Origin: Paragordius varius
Lineage: Eukaryota > Animalia > Nematomorpha
Assembly: GCA_964247055.1 (NCBI GenBank)
Contig: OZ176051.1
Location: 7,998,001-8,062,000 of the forward strand
Direction of reading: 5' to 3'
Length of the DNA: 64,000 nt
The notes beneath the pieces are model-generated. The model had not been told where the DNA came from, searched no databases, and saw nothing but the letters and a program-made list of their open reading frames with translations. The position numbers and the translations under genes are program-made. Shown here piece after piece: positions 52,001 through 58,530 of this stretch (positions are counted from its first letter, which is position 1; every line of letters begins with the position of its first letter).

Positions 52001-55000
52001 GTAGGTATTGTTGTCGACGTGGTTACCGTGGTTCCAGTGGTTGTTGTTGCCATAGTTGTAGTTTCACTAGTGGCTACAGTTGTAGAAAGTATCGTTGGCT
52101 CAGTTGTTGTAGATAATGTTGTTGACGAAGTGGTTAGCGTCGTTCCAGCGGTAGGTGTTGCCATGGTTGTTGTTCCACTAGTTGGTACTGTTGTAGAAAG
52201 AGTTGTTGACTCAGTTGTAGAAGATAATGTTGTAGGAGTGTTCACAGTGGTCCCAGTGGTAGTTGGAGACATGGTTGTTGTTTCAGTAGTGGGTACAGTT
52301 GTAGGTATCGTTATCTCAGTTGTTGTAGTTAATGTTGTCGACGGAGTGGTTACCGTCGTTGCAGTTGTAGTTGTTGCCATGGTTGTTGTTTCACCAGTGG
52401 GTACAGTTGTAGAAAGTGTCGTTGGCTCAGTTGTTGTAGGTATTGTTGTGGACGGAATGGTTACCGTCGTTTCAGTGGTAGTTGTTGCCATGGTCGTTGT
52501 TTCACTAGTGGCTACACTTTTAGAAAGAGTGGTTGGCTCAGTTGTTTTAGATAATGTTGTCGCAGGAGTGGTTACACTCGTCCCAGTGGTAGTTGTTGCC
52601 ATGGTTGTTGTTTCACTAGTTGGTACAGTTGTAGAAAGTGTCGTTGACTCAGTTGTAGAAGATAATGTTGTCGCAGGAGTGGTCACAGTCGTCCCAGTGG
52701 TAGTTGTAGACATGGTTGTTGTTTCAGTAGTGGGTACAGTTGTAGGTGTCGTTATCTCAGTTGTTGTAGTTAATGTTGTCGACGGAGTGGTTACCGTCGT
52801 TGCAGTTGTAGTTGTTGCCATGGTTGTTGTTTCACCAGTGGGTACAGTTGTAGAAAGTGTCGTTGGCTCAGTTGTTGTAGGTATTGTTGTGGACGGAGTG
52901 GTTACCGCCGTTCCAGTGGTAGTTGGAAACATGGTTGTTGTTTCACTAGTGGCTACAGTTGTAGAAAGTGTCGTTGGCTCAGTTGTTGTAGGTAATGTTG
53001 TCGACGGAGGGGTTATCGTCGTTCCAGTGGTAGTTGTTGCCATGGTTGTTGTTTCACTAGTTGATACAGTTGTAGAAAGAGTTGTTGACTCAGTTGTAGA
53101 AGATAATGTTGTCGCAGGAGTGGTTACAGTCGTCCCAGTGGTAGTTGGAGACATGGTTGTTGTTTCAGTAGTGGGTACAGTTGTAGGTGTCGTTATCTCA
53201 GTTGTTGTAGTTAATGTTGTCGACGGAGTGGTTACCGTCGTTGCAGTTGTAGTTGTTGCCATGGTTGTTGTTTCACCAGTTGGTACAGTTGTAGAAAGTG
53301 TCGTTGGCTCAGTTGTTGTAGGTATTGTTGTCGACGGAGTGGTTACCGTCGTTTCAGTGGTAGTTGTTGCCATGGTCGTTGTTTCACTAGTGGCTACAGT
53401 TGTAGAAAGTGTCGTTGGCTCAGTTGTTGTAGATAATGTTGTCGCACGAGTGGTTACAGTCGCCCCAGTGGTAGTTGGAGACATGGTTGTTGTTTCACCA
53501 GTTGGTACAGTTGTAGAAAGTGTCGTCGGCTCAGTTGTTGTGTGTAATGTTGTCGCAGGAGTGGTTACCGTGGTTGCAGTTGTAGTTGTTGCCATGGTTG
53601 TTGTTTCACCAGTGGGTACCGTTGTGGAAAGTGTCGTTGTCTCAGTAGTTGTAGGTAATGTTGTCGACAGAGGGCTTACCGTCGTTACAGTGTTAGGTGG
53701 AGACATGGTTGTTGTTTCACTAGTGGCTACAGTTGTAGAAAATGTGGTTGTCTCAGTTGTTGTAGGTATTGTTGTCGACGGAGTGGTTACCGTCATTCCA
53801 GTGGTAGTTAGAGTGGTTGTTGTTTCACTAGTTGGTACAGTTGTAGAAAGTGTCGTTGACTCAGTTGTAGTAGATAAGGTTGTCGCAGGAGTGGTTACAG
53901 TCGTCCCGCTGGTAGTTGGAGATATGGTTGTTGTTTCAGTAGTGGGTACAGTTGTAGGTGCCGTTATCTCAGTTGTAGTAGGTAATGTTGTCGACAGATA
54001 AGTTACCGTCATTCCAGTGGTAGTTGTTGCCATAGTTGTAGTTTCACTAGTGGCTACAGTTGTAGAAAGTGTCGTTGGCTCAGTTGTTGTAGATAATGTT
54101 GTTGACGAAGTGGTTAGCGTCGTTCCAGCGGTAGGTGGAGACATGGTTGTTGTTTCACTAGTGGGTACCGTTGCAGAAAGTGTCGTTGACTCAGTTGTAG
54201 TAGATAATGTTGTCGCGGGAGTGGTTACCGTCGTTCCAATGGTAGGTGGAGACATGGTTGTTGTTTCACTAGTGGGTAACGTTGTAGAAAGTGTGGTCGG
54301 CTCAGTTGTTGTGGGTAATGTTGTCGACTGACTTCTTACCGTCGTTCTTGTGGTAGTTGGAGTGGTTGTTGTTTCAGTAGTGGGTACAGTTGTAGGTGTC
54401 GTTATCTCAGTTGTTGTAGTTAATGTTGGCGACGGAGTGGTTACCGTCGTTGCAGTTGTAGTTGTTGCCATAGTTGTTGTTTCACCAGGGGGTACAGTTG
54501 TAGAAAGTGTCGTTGGCTCAGTTGTTGTAGGTATTGTTGTCGACGGAGTGGTCACAGTCGTCCCAGTGGTAGTTGTTGCCATAGTTGTTCTTTCACCAGT
54601 TGGTACAGTTGTAGAAAATGTCGTCGGTTCAATTGTTGTGTGTAATGTTGTTGACTGAGTGGTTACCGTCGTTCCAGTGGTAGTTGTTGCCATGGTTGTT
54701 GTTTCACTAATTGGTACAGTTGTAGAAAGTGTCGTTGACTCAGTTGTAGAAGATAATGTTGTCGCAGGAGTGGTCACAGTCGTCCCAGTGGTAGTTGGAG
54801 ACATGGTTGTTGTTTCACTAGTGGCTACAGTTGTAGAAAGTGTCGTTGGCTCAGTTGTTGTAGGTGAATTTGTCGACGTGGTTACCGTCGTTCCAGTGGT
54901 AGTTGGAGACATGGTTGTTGTTTCACTAGTTGCTACAATTGTAGAAAGTGTCGTTGACTCAGTTGTAGAAGATAATGTTGTCGCAGGAGTAATTACAGTC

Positions 55001-57570
55001 GTCCCAGTGGGAGTTGTTGCCATAGTTGTTGTTTCACCAGTTGGTACAGTTGTAGAAAGTGTCGTTGGCTCAGTTGTTGTAGATAAAGTTGTCGACGGAG
55101 TGGTTACCCTCGTTTCAGTGGTAGTTGTTGCCATAGTTGTTGTTTCACCAGTTGGTACAGTTGTAGAAAATGTTGTCGGCTCAGTTGTTGTGTGTAATGT
55201 TGTCGACTGAGTGGTTACCGTCGTTCCAGTCGTAGTTGTTGCCATGGTTGTTGTTTCACTAGTTGGTACAGTTGTAGAAAGTGTCGTTGACTCAGTTGTA
55301 GTAGATAATGTTTTCGCAGGAGTGGTTACAGTCGTCCCAGTGGTAGTTGGAGATATGGTTGTTGTTTCAGTAGTGGGTACAGTTGTAGGTGTCGTTATCT
55401 CAGTTGTAGTAGGTAATGTTGTCGACAGAGGGGTTACCGTCATTCCAGTGGTTGTTGTTGCCATAGTTGTAGTTTCACTATTGGCTACAGTTGTAGAAAG
55501 TGTCGTTGGCTCAGTTGTTGTAGATAATGTTGCCGACGGATTGTCTACCGTCGTTCCAGTGATATTTGTTACCATAGTTGTTGCTTCACCAGTTGATACA
55601 GATGTAGAAAGTGTCGTTGGCTCAGTTGTTGTAGTTAATGTTGGCGACGGAGTGGTTACCATCGTTGCAGTTGTAGTTGTTGCCATGGTTGTTGTTTCAC
55701 TAGTGGGTACAGTTGTAGAAAGTGTCGTTGGCTCAGTTGTTGTAGATAATGTTGTTGACGAAGTGGTTAGCGTCGTTCCAGCGGTAGGTGGAGACATGGT
55801 TGTTGTTTCACTAGTGGGTACCATTGCAGAAAGTGTCGTTAACTCAGTTGTAGAAGATAATGTTGTCGCAGGAGTGGTCATAGTCGTCCCAGTGGTAGTT
55901 GGAGACATGGTTGTTGTTTCAGTAGTGGGTACAGTTGTAGGTGTCGTTATCTCAGTTGTTGTAGTTAATGTTGTCGACGGAGTGGTTACCATCGTTGCAG
56001 TTGTAGTTGTTGCCATGGTTGTTGTTTCACCAGTGGGTACAGTTGTAGAAAGTGTCGTTGGCTCAGTTGTTGTAGGTATTGTTGTCGACGGAGTGGTTAC
56101 CGTCGTTTCAGTGGTAGTTGTTGCCATGGTCGTTGTTTCACTACTGGCTACAGTTGTAGAAAGAGTCGTTGGCTCAGTTGTTGTAGATAATGTTGTCGCA
56201 CGAGTGGTTACAGTCGCCCCAGTGGTAGTTGGAGACATGGTTGTTGTTTCACCAGTTGGTACAGTTGTAGAAAGTGTCGTCGGCTCAGTTGTTGTGTGTA
56301 ATGTTGTCGCAGGAGTGGTTACCGTGGTTGCAGTTGTAGTTGTTGCCATGGTTGTTGTTTCACCAGTGGGTACCGTTGTGGAAAGTGTCGTTGTCTCAGT
56401 AGTTGTAGGTAATGTTGTCGACAGAGGGGTTACCGTCGTTACAGTGTTAGGTGGAGACATGGTTGTTGTTTCACTAGTCGCTACAGTTGTAGAAAATGTG
56501 GTTGTCTCAGTTGTTGTAGGTATTGTTGTCGTCGGAGTGGTTACCGTCATTCCGGTGGTAGTTAGAGTGGTTGTTGTTTCACTAGTTGGTACAGTTGTAG
56601 AAAGTGTCGTTGACTCAGTTGTAGTAGATAATGTTGTCGCAGGAGTGGTTACAGTCGTATCAGTGGTAGTTGGAGATATGGTTGTTGTTTCAGTAGTGGG
56701 TACAGTTGTAGGTGCCGTTATCTCAGTTGTAGTAGGTAATGTTGTCGACAGATAAGTTACCGTCATTCCAGTGGTAGTTGTTGCCATAGTTGTAGTTTCA
56801 CTAGTGGCTACAGTTGTAGAAAGTGTCGTTGGCTCAGTTGTTGTAGATAATGTTGTTGACGAAGTGGTTAGCGTCGTTCCAGCGGTAGGTGGAGACATGG
56901 TTGTTGTTTCACTAGTGGGTACCGTTGCAGAAAGTGTCGTTGACTCAGTTGTAGTAGATAATGTTGTCGCGGGACTGGTTACCGTCGTTCCAATGGTAGG
57001 TGGAGACATGGTTGTTGTTTCACTAGTGGGTAACGTTGTAGAAAGTGTGGTCGGCTCAGTTGTTGTGGGTAATGTTGTCGACTGACTTGTTACCGTCGTT
57101 CCAGTGGTAGTTGGAGTGGTTGTTGTTTCAGTAGTGGGTACAGTTGTAGGTGTCGTTATCTCAGTTGTAGTAGGTAATGTTGTCGACAGAGGGGTTACCG
57201 TCGTCTCAGTGGTAGTTGTTGCCATGGTTGTTGTTTCACTAATGGGTACAGTTGTAGAAAGTGTCGTTGGTTCAGTTGTTGTAGGTAATGTTGTGGAGTG
57301 TGTTACTGTTGTAGTTGCTGCCATTGTTGTTGTTTCATTAATTGATGCCGTTGAAGTAATTATGTTTGTATTTTGGATTTCCAATGATATTGTGGATATA
57401 TCACGCGCTGTAGTAGTCTCCGGTTCCGTATTTTTTGAATTAGATAAACTACTTATGCTATCTGTCGTTATTGTACCTTCATTGGACAATCCTGAAAATA
57501 CTGTAGACATCTGATTCATGCATATCCCAATACATACCACAATAGTTAGTAACCATAGTAATATTTTCAT
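40024..57570 (-). CDS. Giant intronless secreted mucin-like protein (~5848 aa from ATG 57570): signal peptide, ~150 Thr-rich 37-aa repeats, Cys-containing C-terminal domain
   Basis: Uninterrupted 17.5-kb ORF; signal MKILLWLLTIVVCIGIC; repeat TTLSTTVPTSETTTMATTTTGTTVTTPATTLSTTTEP; no C-terminal TM segment. The ORF track start at 57576 is GTG. Confidence 0.92.
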   Translation of the reverse strand: MKILLWLLTIVVCIGICMNQMSTVFSGLSNEGTITTDSISSLSNSKNTEPETTTARDISTISLEIQNTNIITSTASINETTTMAATTTVTHSTTLPTTTEPTTLSTTVPISETTTMATTTTETTVTPLSTTLPTTTEITTPTTVPTTETTTTPTTTGTTVTSQSTTLPTTTEPTTLSTTLPTSETTTMSPPTIGTTVTSPATTLSTTTESTTLSATVPTSETTTMSPPTAGTTLTTSSTTLSTTTEPTTLSTTVATSETTTMATTTTGMTVTYLSTTLPTTTEITAPTTVPTTETTTISPTTTDTTVTTPATTLSTTTESTTLSTTVPTSETTTTLTTTGMTVTTPTTTIPTTTETTTFSTTVATSETTTMSPPNTVTTVTPLSTTLPTTTETTTLSTTVPTGETTTMATTTTATTVTTPATTLHTTTEPTTLSTTVPTGETTTMSPTTTGATVTTRATTLSTTTEPTTLSTTVASSETTTMATTTTETTVTTPSTTIPTTTEPTTLSTTVPTGETTTMATTTTATMVTTPSTTLTTTTEITTPTTVPTTETTTMSPTTTGTTMTTPATTLSSTTELTTLSAMVPTSETTTMSPPTAGTTLTTSSTTLSTTTEPTTLSTTVPTSETTTMATTTTATMVTTPSPTLTTTTEPTTLSTSVSTGEATTMVTNITGTTVDNPSATLSTTTEPTTLSTTVANSETTTMATTTTGMTVTPLSTTLPTTTEITTPTTVPTTETTTISPTTTGTTVTTPAKTLSTTTESTTLSTTVPTSETTTMATTTTGTTVTTQSTTLHTTTEPTTFSTTVPTGETTTMATTTTETRVTTPSTTLSTTTEPTTLSTTVPTGETTTMATTPTGTTVITPATTLSSTTESTTLSTIVATSETTTMSPTTTGTTVTTSTNSPTTTEPTTLSTTVATSETTTMSPTTTGTTVTTPATTLSSTTESTTLSTTVPISETTTMATTTTGTTVTTQSTTLHTTIEPTTFSTTVPTGERTTMATTTTGTTVTTPSTTIPTTTEPTTLSTTVPPGETTTMATTTTATTVTTPSPTLTTTTEITTPTTVPTTETTTTPTTTRTTVRSQSTTLPTTTEPTTLSTTLPTSETTTMSPPTIGTTVTTPATTLSTTTESTTLSATVPTSETTTMSPPTAGTTLTTSSTTLSTTTEPTTLSTTVATSETTTMATTTTGMTVTYLSTTLPTTTEITAPTTVPTTETTTISPTTSGTTVTTPATTLSTTTESTTLSTTVPTSETTTTLTTTGMTVTTPSTTIPTTTETTTFSTTVATSETTTMSPPNTVTTVSPLSTTLPTTTETTTLSTTVPTGETTTMATTTTATTVTTPATTLHTTTEPTTLSTTVPTGETTTMSPTTTGATVTTRATTLSTTTEPTTLSTTVATSETTTMATTTTETTVTTPSTTIPTTTEPTTLSTTVPTGETTTMATTTTATTVTTPSTTLTTTTEITTPTTVPTTETTTMSPTTTGTTVTTPATTLSSTTESTTLSTTVSTSETTTMATTTTGTTITPPSTTLPTTTEPTTLSTTVATSETTTMFPTTTGTAVTTPSTTIPTTTEPTTLSTTVPTGETTTMATTTTATTVTTPSTTLTTTTEITTPTTVPTTETTTMSTTTTGTTVTTPATTLSSTTESTTLSTTVPTSETTTMATTTTGTSVTTPATTLSKTTEPTTLSKSVATSETTTMATTTTETTVTIPSTTIPTTTEPTTLSTTVPTGETTTMATTTTATTVTTPSTTLTTTTEITIPTTVPTTETTTMSPTTTGTTVNTPTTLSSTTESTTLSTTVPTSGTTTMATPTAGTTLTTSSTTLSTTTEPTILSTTVATSETTTMATTTTGTTVTTSTTIPTTTEPTTLYTTVATSETTTMSPTTTGTTVTTPATKLSSTTESTTLSTTVPISETTTMATTTTGTTVTTQSTTLHTTIEPTTFLTTVPTGERTTLATTTTGTTVTTPSTTIPTTTEPTTLSTTVPTGETTTMATTTTATTVTTPSPTLTTTTEITTPTTVPTTETTTTPTTTGTTVTSQSTTLPTTTEPTTLSTTLPTSETTTMSPPTIGTTGTIPATTLSTTIESTTLSATVPTSETTTMSPPTAGTTLTTSSTTLSTTTEPTTLSTTVATSETTTMATTTTATMVTTPSPTLTTTTEITTPTTVPTTETTTMSPTTTGTTVTTPATTLSSTTESTTLSTTVPTSETTTMATTTTATTVTTPSTTLTTTTEITTPITVATTETTTMSPTTTGTTMTTPATTLSSTTESTTLSAMVPTSETTTMSPPTAGTTLTTSSTTLSTTTEPTTLSTTVPTSETTTMATTPTGTTVITPATTLSSTTESTILSTTIATSETTTMSPTTTGTAVTTPSTTIPTTTEITTPTTVPTTETTTMSPTTTGTTVTTPATTLSSTTESTTLSAMVPTSETTTMSPPTAGTTLTTSSTTLSTTTEPTTLSTTVPTSETTTMATTTTATMVTTPSPTLTTTTEITTPTTVPTTETTTMSPTTTGTTVTTPATTLSSTTESTTLSTTVPTSETTTMATTTTATTVTTPSTTLTTTTEITTPITVPTTETTTMSPTTTGTTVTTPATTLSSKTESLSTTVPTGEATTMATNITGTTVTTPATTLSTTTEPTTLSTTVATSETTTMATTTTGTTVTTPSTTIPTTTEPTTLSTPVSTGEATTMVTNITGTTVDNPSATLSTTTEPTTLSTTVATSETTTMQTTTGTAVTPLSTSLPTTTEITTPTTVPTTETTTMSPTTTGTTVITPTTTLSSTTESTTLSTIVATSETTTMSPTTTGTTVTTSTTIPTTTEPTTLSTTVPISETTTMATTTTGTTVTTQSTTLHTTIEPTTFSTTVPTGERTTMATTTTGTTVTTPSTTIPTTTEPTTLSTTVPTGETTTMATTTTATTVTTPSPTLTTTTEITTPTTVPTTETTTMSPTTTGTTVTTPARTLSSTTESTTLSTTVPTSETTTMATTTTETGETPLLTTIPTTTEPTTLSTSVSTGEAITMATNITGTTVDNPSTTLSTTTEPTTLSTTVATSETTTMSQTTTGTAVTPLSTSLPTTTEPTTLSTSVPTGETTTMATTTTGTTVTTPATTLSTTTEPTTLSTTVATSETTTMATTTTGTTVTTPATTLSTTIEPTTLSTTVPTSETTTMATTTTGTTVITPSKTIPTTTEPTTLSTTVATSETTTMSQTTTGTAVTPLSTSLPTTTEPTTLSTSVPTGETTTMATTTTGTTVTTPATTLSTTTEPTTLSTTVATSETTTMATTTTGTTVTTPATTLSTTIETTTLSTTVPTSETTTMATTTTGTTETPLSTTIPTTTEITTPTSVPTGETTTMATTTTGTTVTTPSTTLTTTEITTPTTVPTTETTTMSPTTTGTTVTTPATTLSTTTEPTTLSKTVATSETTTMATTTTETTVTTPLTTLSTTTEPTTLSTTVTTGETTTMATTPTGTTVITPATTLSSTTESTILSTTIATSETTTMSPTTTGTTVTTSTTIPTTTEPTTLSTTVATSETTTMSPTTTGTTVTTPATTLSSTTESTTLSTTVPTSETTTMATTTTGTTVTTPSKTIPTTTEPTTLSTTVPTGETTTMATTTTATTVTTPSPTLTTTTEITTPTTVPYTETTTMSPTTTGTTVTTPATTLSSTTQSTTLSTTVPTSETTTMATTTTGTTETPLSTTIPTTTEITTPTSVPTGETTTMATTTTGTTVTTPSTTLTTTEITTPTTVPTTETTAMSPTTTGTTVTTPATTLSTTTEPTTLSKTVATSETTTMATTTTETTVTTPLTTLSTTTEPTTLSTTVTTGETTTMATTPTGTTVIIPATTLSSTTESTILSTTIATSETTTMSPTTTGTTVTTSTTIPTTTEPTTLSTTVATSETTTMSPTTTGTTVTTPATTLSSTTESTTLSTTVPTSETTTIATTTTGTTVTTPSKTIPTTTEPTTLSTTVPTGETTTMATTTTATTVTTPSPTLTTTTEITTPTTVPYTETTTMSPTTTGTTVTTPATTLSSTTQSTTLSTTVPTSETTTMATTTTGTTETPLSTTIPTTTEITTPTSVPTGETTTMATTTTGTTVTTPSTTLTTTEITTPTTVPTTETTTMSPTTTGTTVTTPATTLSTTTEPTTLSKTVATSETTTMATTTTETTVTTPLTTLSTTTEPTTLSTTVTTGETTTMATTPTGTTVITPATTLSSTTESTILSTTIATSETTTMSPTTTGTTVTTSTTIPTTTEPTTLSTTVATSETTTMSPTTTGTTVTTPATTLSSTTESTTLSTTVPTSETTTMATTTTGTTVTTPSKTIPTTTEPTTLSTTVATSETTTMSPTTTGTTVTTPATTLSSTTESTTLSTTVPTSETTTMATTTTGTTVTTQSTTLHTTIEPTTFSTTVPTGETTTMSQNTTGTAVTPLSTSLPTTTEITTPTTVPTTETTTIFPTTTGTTVTTPATTLSSTTESTTLSAMVPTSETTTMSPTTTGTTVTTPATTLSTTTEPTTLSKTVATSETTTMATTTTETTVTTPLTTIPTTTEPTTLSTSVPTGETTTMATTPTGTTVITPATTLSSTTESTILSTTVATSETTTMSPTTTGTTVTTPATTLSSTTESTTLSTTVPTSETTTMATTTTGTTVTTQSTTLHTTTEPATLSTSLSTSEATTMATNITGTTVDNPSTTLSTTTEPTTLSTTVATSETTTMSQTTTGTAVTPLSTSLPTTTEITTPTTVPTTETTTISPTTTGTTVTTPATTLSSTTESTTLSAMVPTSETTTMSPTTTGTTVTTPATTLSTTTEPTTLSKTVATSETTTMATTTTETTVTTPLTTIPTTTEPTTLSTSVLTGETTTMATTPTGTTVITPATTLSSTTESTILSTTVPTSETTTMATTTTGTTVTTQSTTLHTTTEPATLSTSLSTSEATTMATNITGTTVDNPSTTLSTTTEPTTLSTTVATSETTTMSQTTTGTAVTPLSTSLPTTTEITTPTTVPTTETTTISPTTTGTTVTTPATTLSSTTESTTLSTTVPTSETTTMATPTAGTTLTTSSTTLSTTTEITTLSTTVPTSETTTMATTITGTTVTTPATTLSTTNEPTTLSTTVATSETTTIATTNTGTTVTTPSTTIPTTTEPTTLSTTVATSDTTTMSPTTTGTAVTPLSTTLTTTTEITTPTTVPATETTTMSPTTTGTTVTTPVTTLSTTTEPTTLSKTVATSETTTMATTTTETTVTTPLTTIPTTTEPTTLSTSVPTGETTTMATTTTGTTVTTPATTLSTTTEPTTLSTTVTTSETTTSPTTTGATVTPLSTTLPTTTETTTLSTSVPTTETTTMSPTTTGTTLTTPSTTLPTTTEPTTLSLTVPPSETTTYSTTTIGTTVTTQSTTLPTTTEPTTLSTTVTTSETTTSPTTTGATVTPLSTTLPTTTETTTLLITVPSSETTTMSPPTTGTTQTTSSTTLTTITEPSTLSTTVPTTDTTTMATTTTGTTVTTPAITLSTTTESTILSTTVANSETTTMATTTTGTTITTSSTTLPTTTEPATLSTTVPTSEKTNIATTTEANVITPSTALSARTEPTTISTIANSETTTKAAITTETTVTTLSTTLPTTTEPMTISTTLPINEIINVSFGSTEIQQPNTITINTESTLLSKLQMIFPSIAPHSDKTISPYETNLPTFTTTIDSIPTLSTNPSELTTLTTTPTTMTTSTFDSLNQQLSLSLAWKTRNNTLIKKIIKHVENLIYVEYRKLPNHFLMDSNISTLIKQLVIYTFCYNDTRIPCAHYNSRKSIIFANKIKAVFDEKHEFTGCTLVYVRCLKSKINSLAGDNSSLSLGTMLNYITRICPHFIRKKIKIDAKLINHI
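40790..57300 (-). repeat. Coding minisatellite, 111-bp unit (108-bp variants) with higher-order repeats
   Basis: For example CTCA anchors at 47701 and 47812; higher-order offsets of 444, 774, 1095, 2754 and 2859 bp. Confidence 0.95.
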
Positions 57571-57929
57571 GTTCACAAAAATTTAAAAATAATTTAAATT
57601 CCCTATGAATGTCAAGGCTTCAATAAAAATAATATCATAAAACAATATAATTTTTTGGCTAGATAATTTATTATTTATATTCAATTTAGCTGTTATCTAT
57701 ATCATATATAAATAAATATATCAAAGTTCTGATCTAGTTTAAATTTTATTACCAAACATATAAATTTTAGATAATCAGGTATAATCAATTATTTAGCTAA
57801 TTATTAATCATAAATTTACTTTTTATTACAGTAAACATATTATTTAACTTAAAGATGTAAAAATTTATAATTATTAAAAGTTTAATTAGACCCACTAAAT
57901 ATATATAGTATTTTCCTAATTTGAATTAT

Positions 57930-58530
57930 CCTTATATTTTGATTGCTTGGAAGGTTTCAGTAGATTGACGACCGCTAATGATTCAATAAGAAAGCTTTTT
58001 CCATTTGGTCATTTTTAAAAAATGGTTTTTGTTAGAATGTTTGAAAAAGGGTTAATATTACGGATATGTCTGCCACATCTTCCCAAATTATTTATGAATT
58101 AAAGAAACGGGAGCTAGGATTGGCTATTTATAGTTAAAAGTTAATATTACAGTTCGTTACAGTTTAAAAATATAAAAATATTTCCGTTTTTGTAAATAAA
58201 TAAAAACATTTAATATAACCATCAATGCTATTTTAATATGTATAGATATCTGTTTATAAGCCAATATCAAACAGCTCCTGCCGTTAACCTTTCCTAGCAT
58301 TATATCATTTTCCAAAATCATTCATGGTATTAGGTGTCCAAAGTTGCTACATATTTGTTTGGTTTTTTTACGAAGCAGTGTTGTTTGTGTAATAATTTGG
58401 TTAATATTTACATGGTTACTTTTTGATGGCAATAACAGTGCTTTAACCATAGGTAAAAATACGCTGAATATTCGATTTGTCATTAACCAATTATCAATAT
58501 GAGTCAAACTTTCTGTGCTTAGCAAGTATT
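57930..58530 (-). mobile_element. Highly decayed LINE (CR1/L2-like) RT fragment
   Basis: HIDNWLMTNRI resembles the post-YADD W..N.L segment; downstream frames are broken by stops. Confidence 0.3.

Noticed and set aside
40781-57514. Many long Val-rich plus-strand ORFs (up to 803 aa)
   Set aside because: Antisense shadows of Thr codons in the mucin. They are repeatedly broken wherever the sense strand has a TGA complement, and lack any unique domain.
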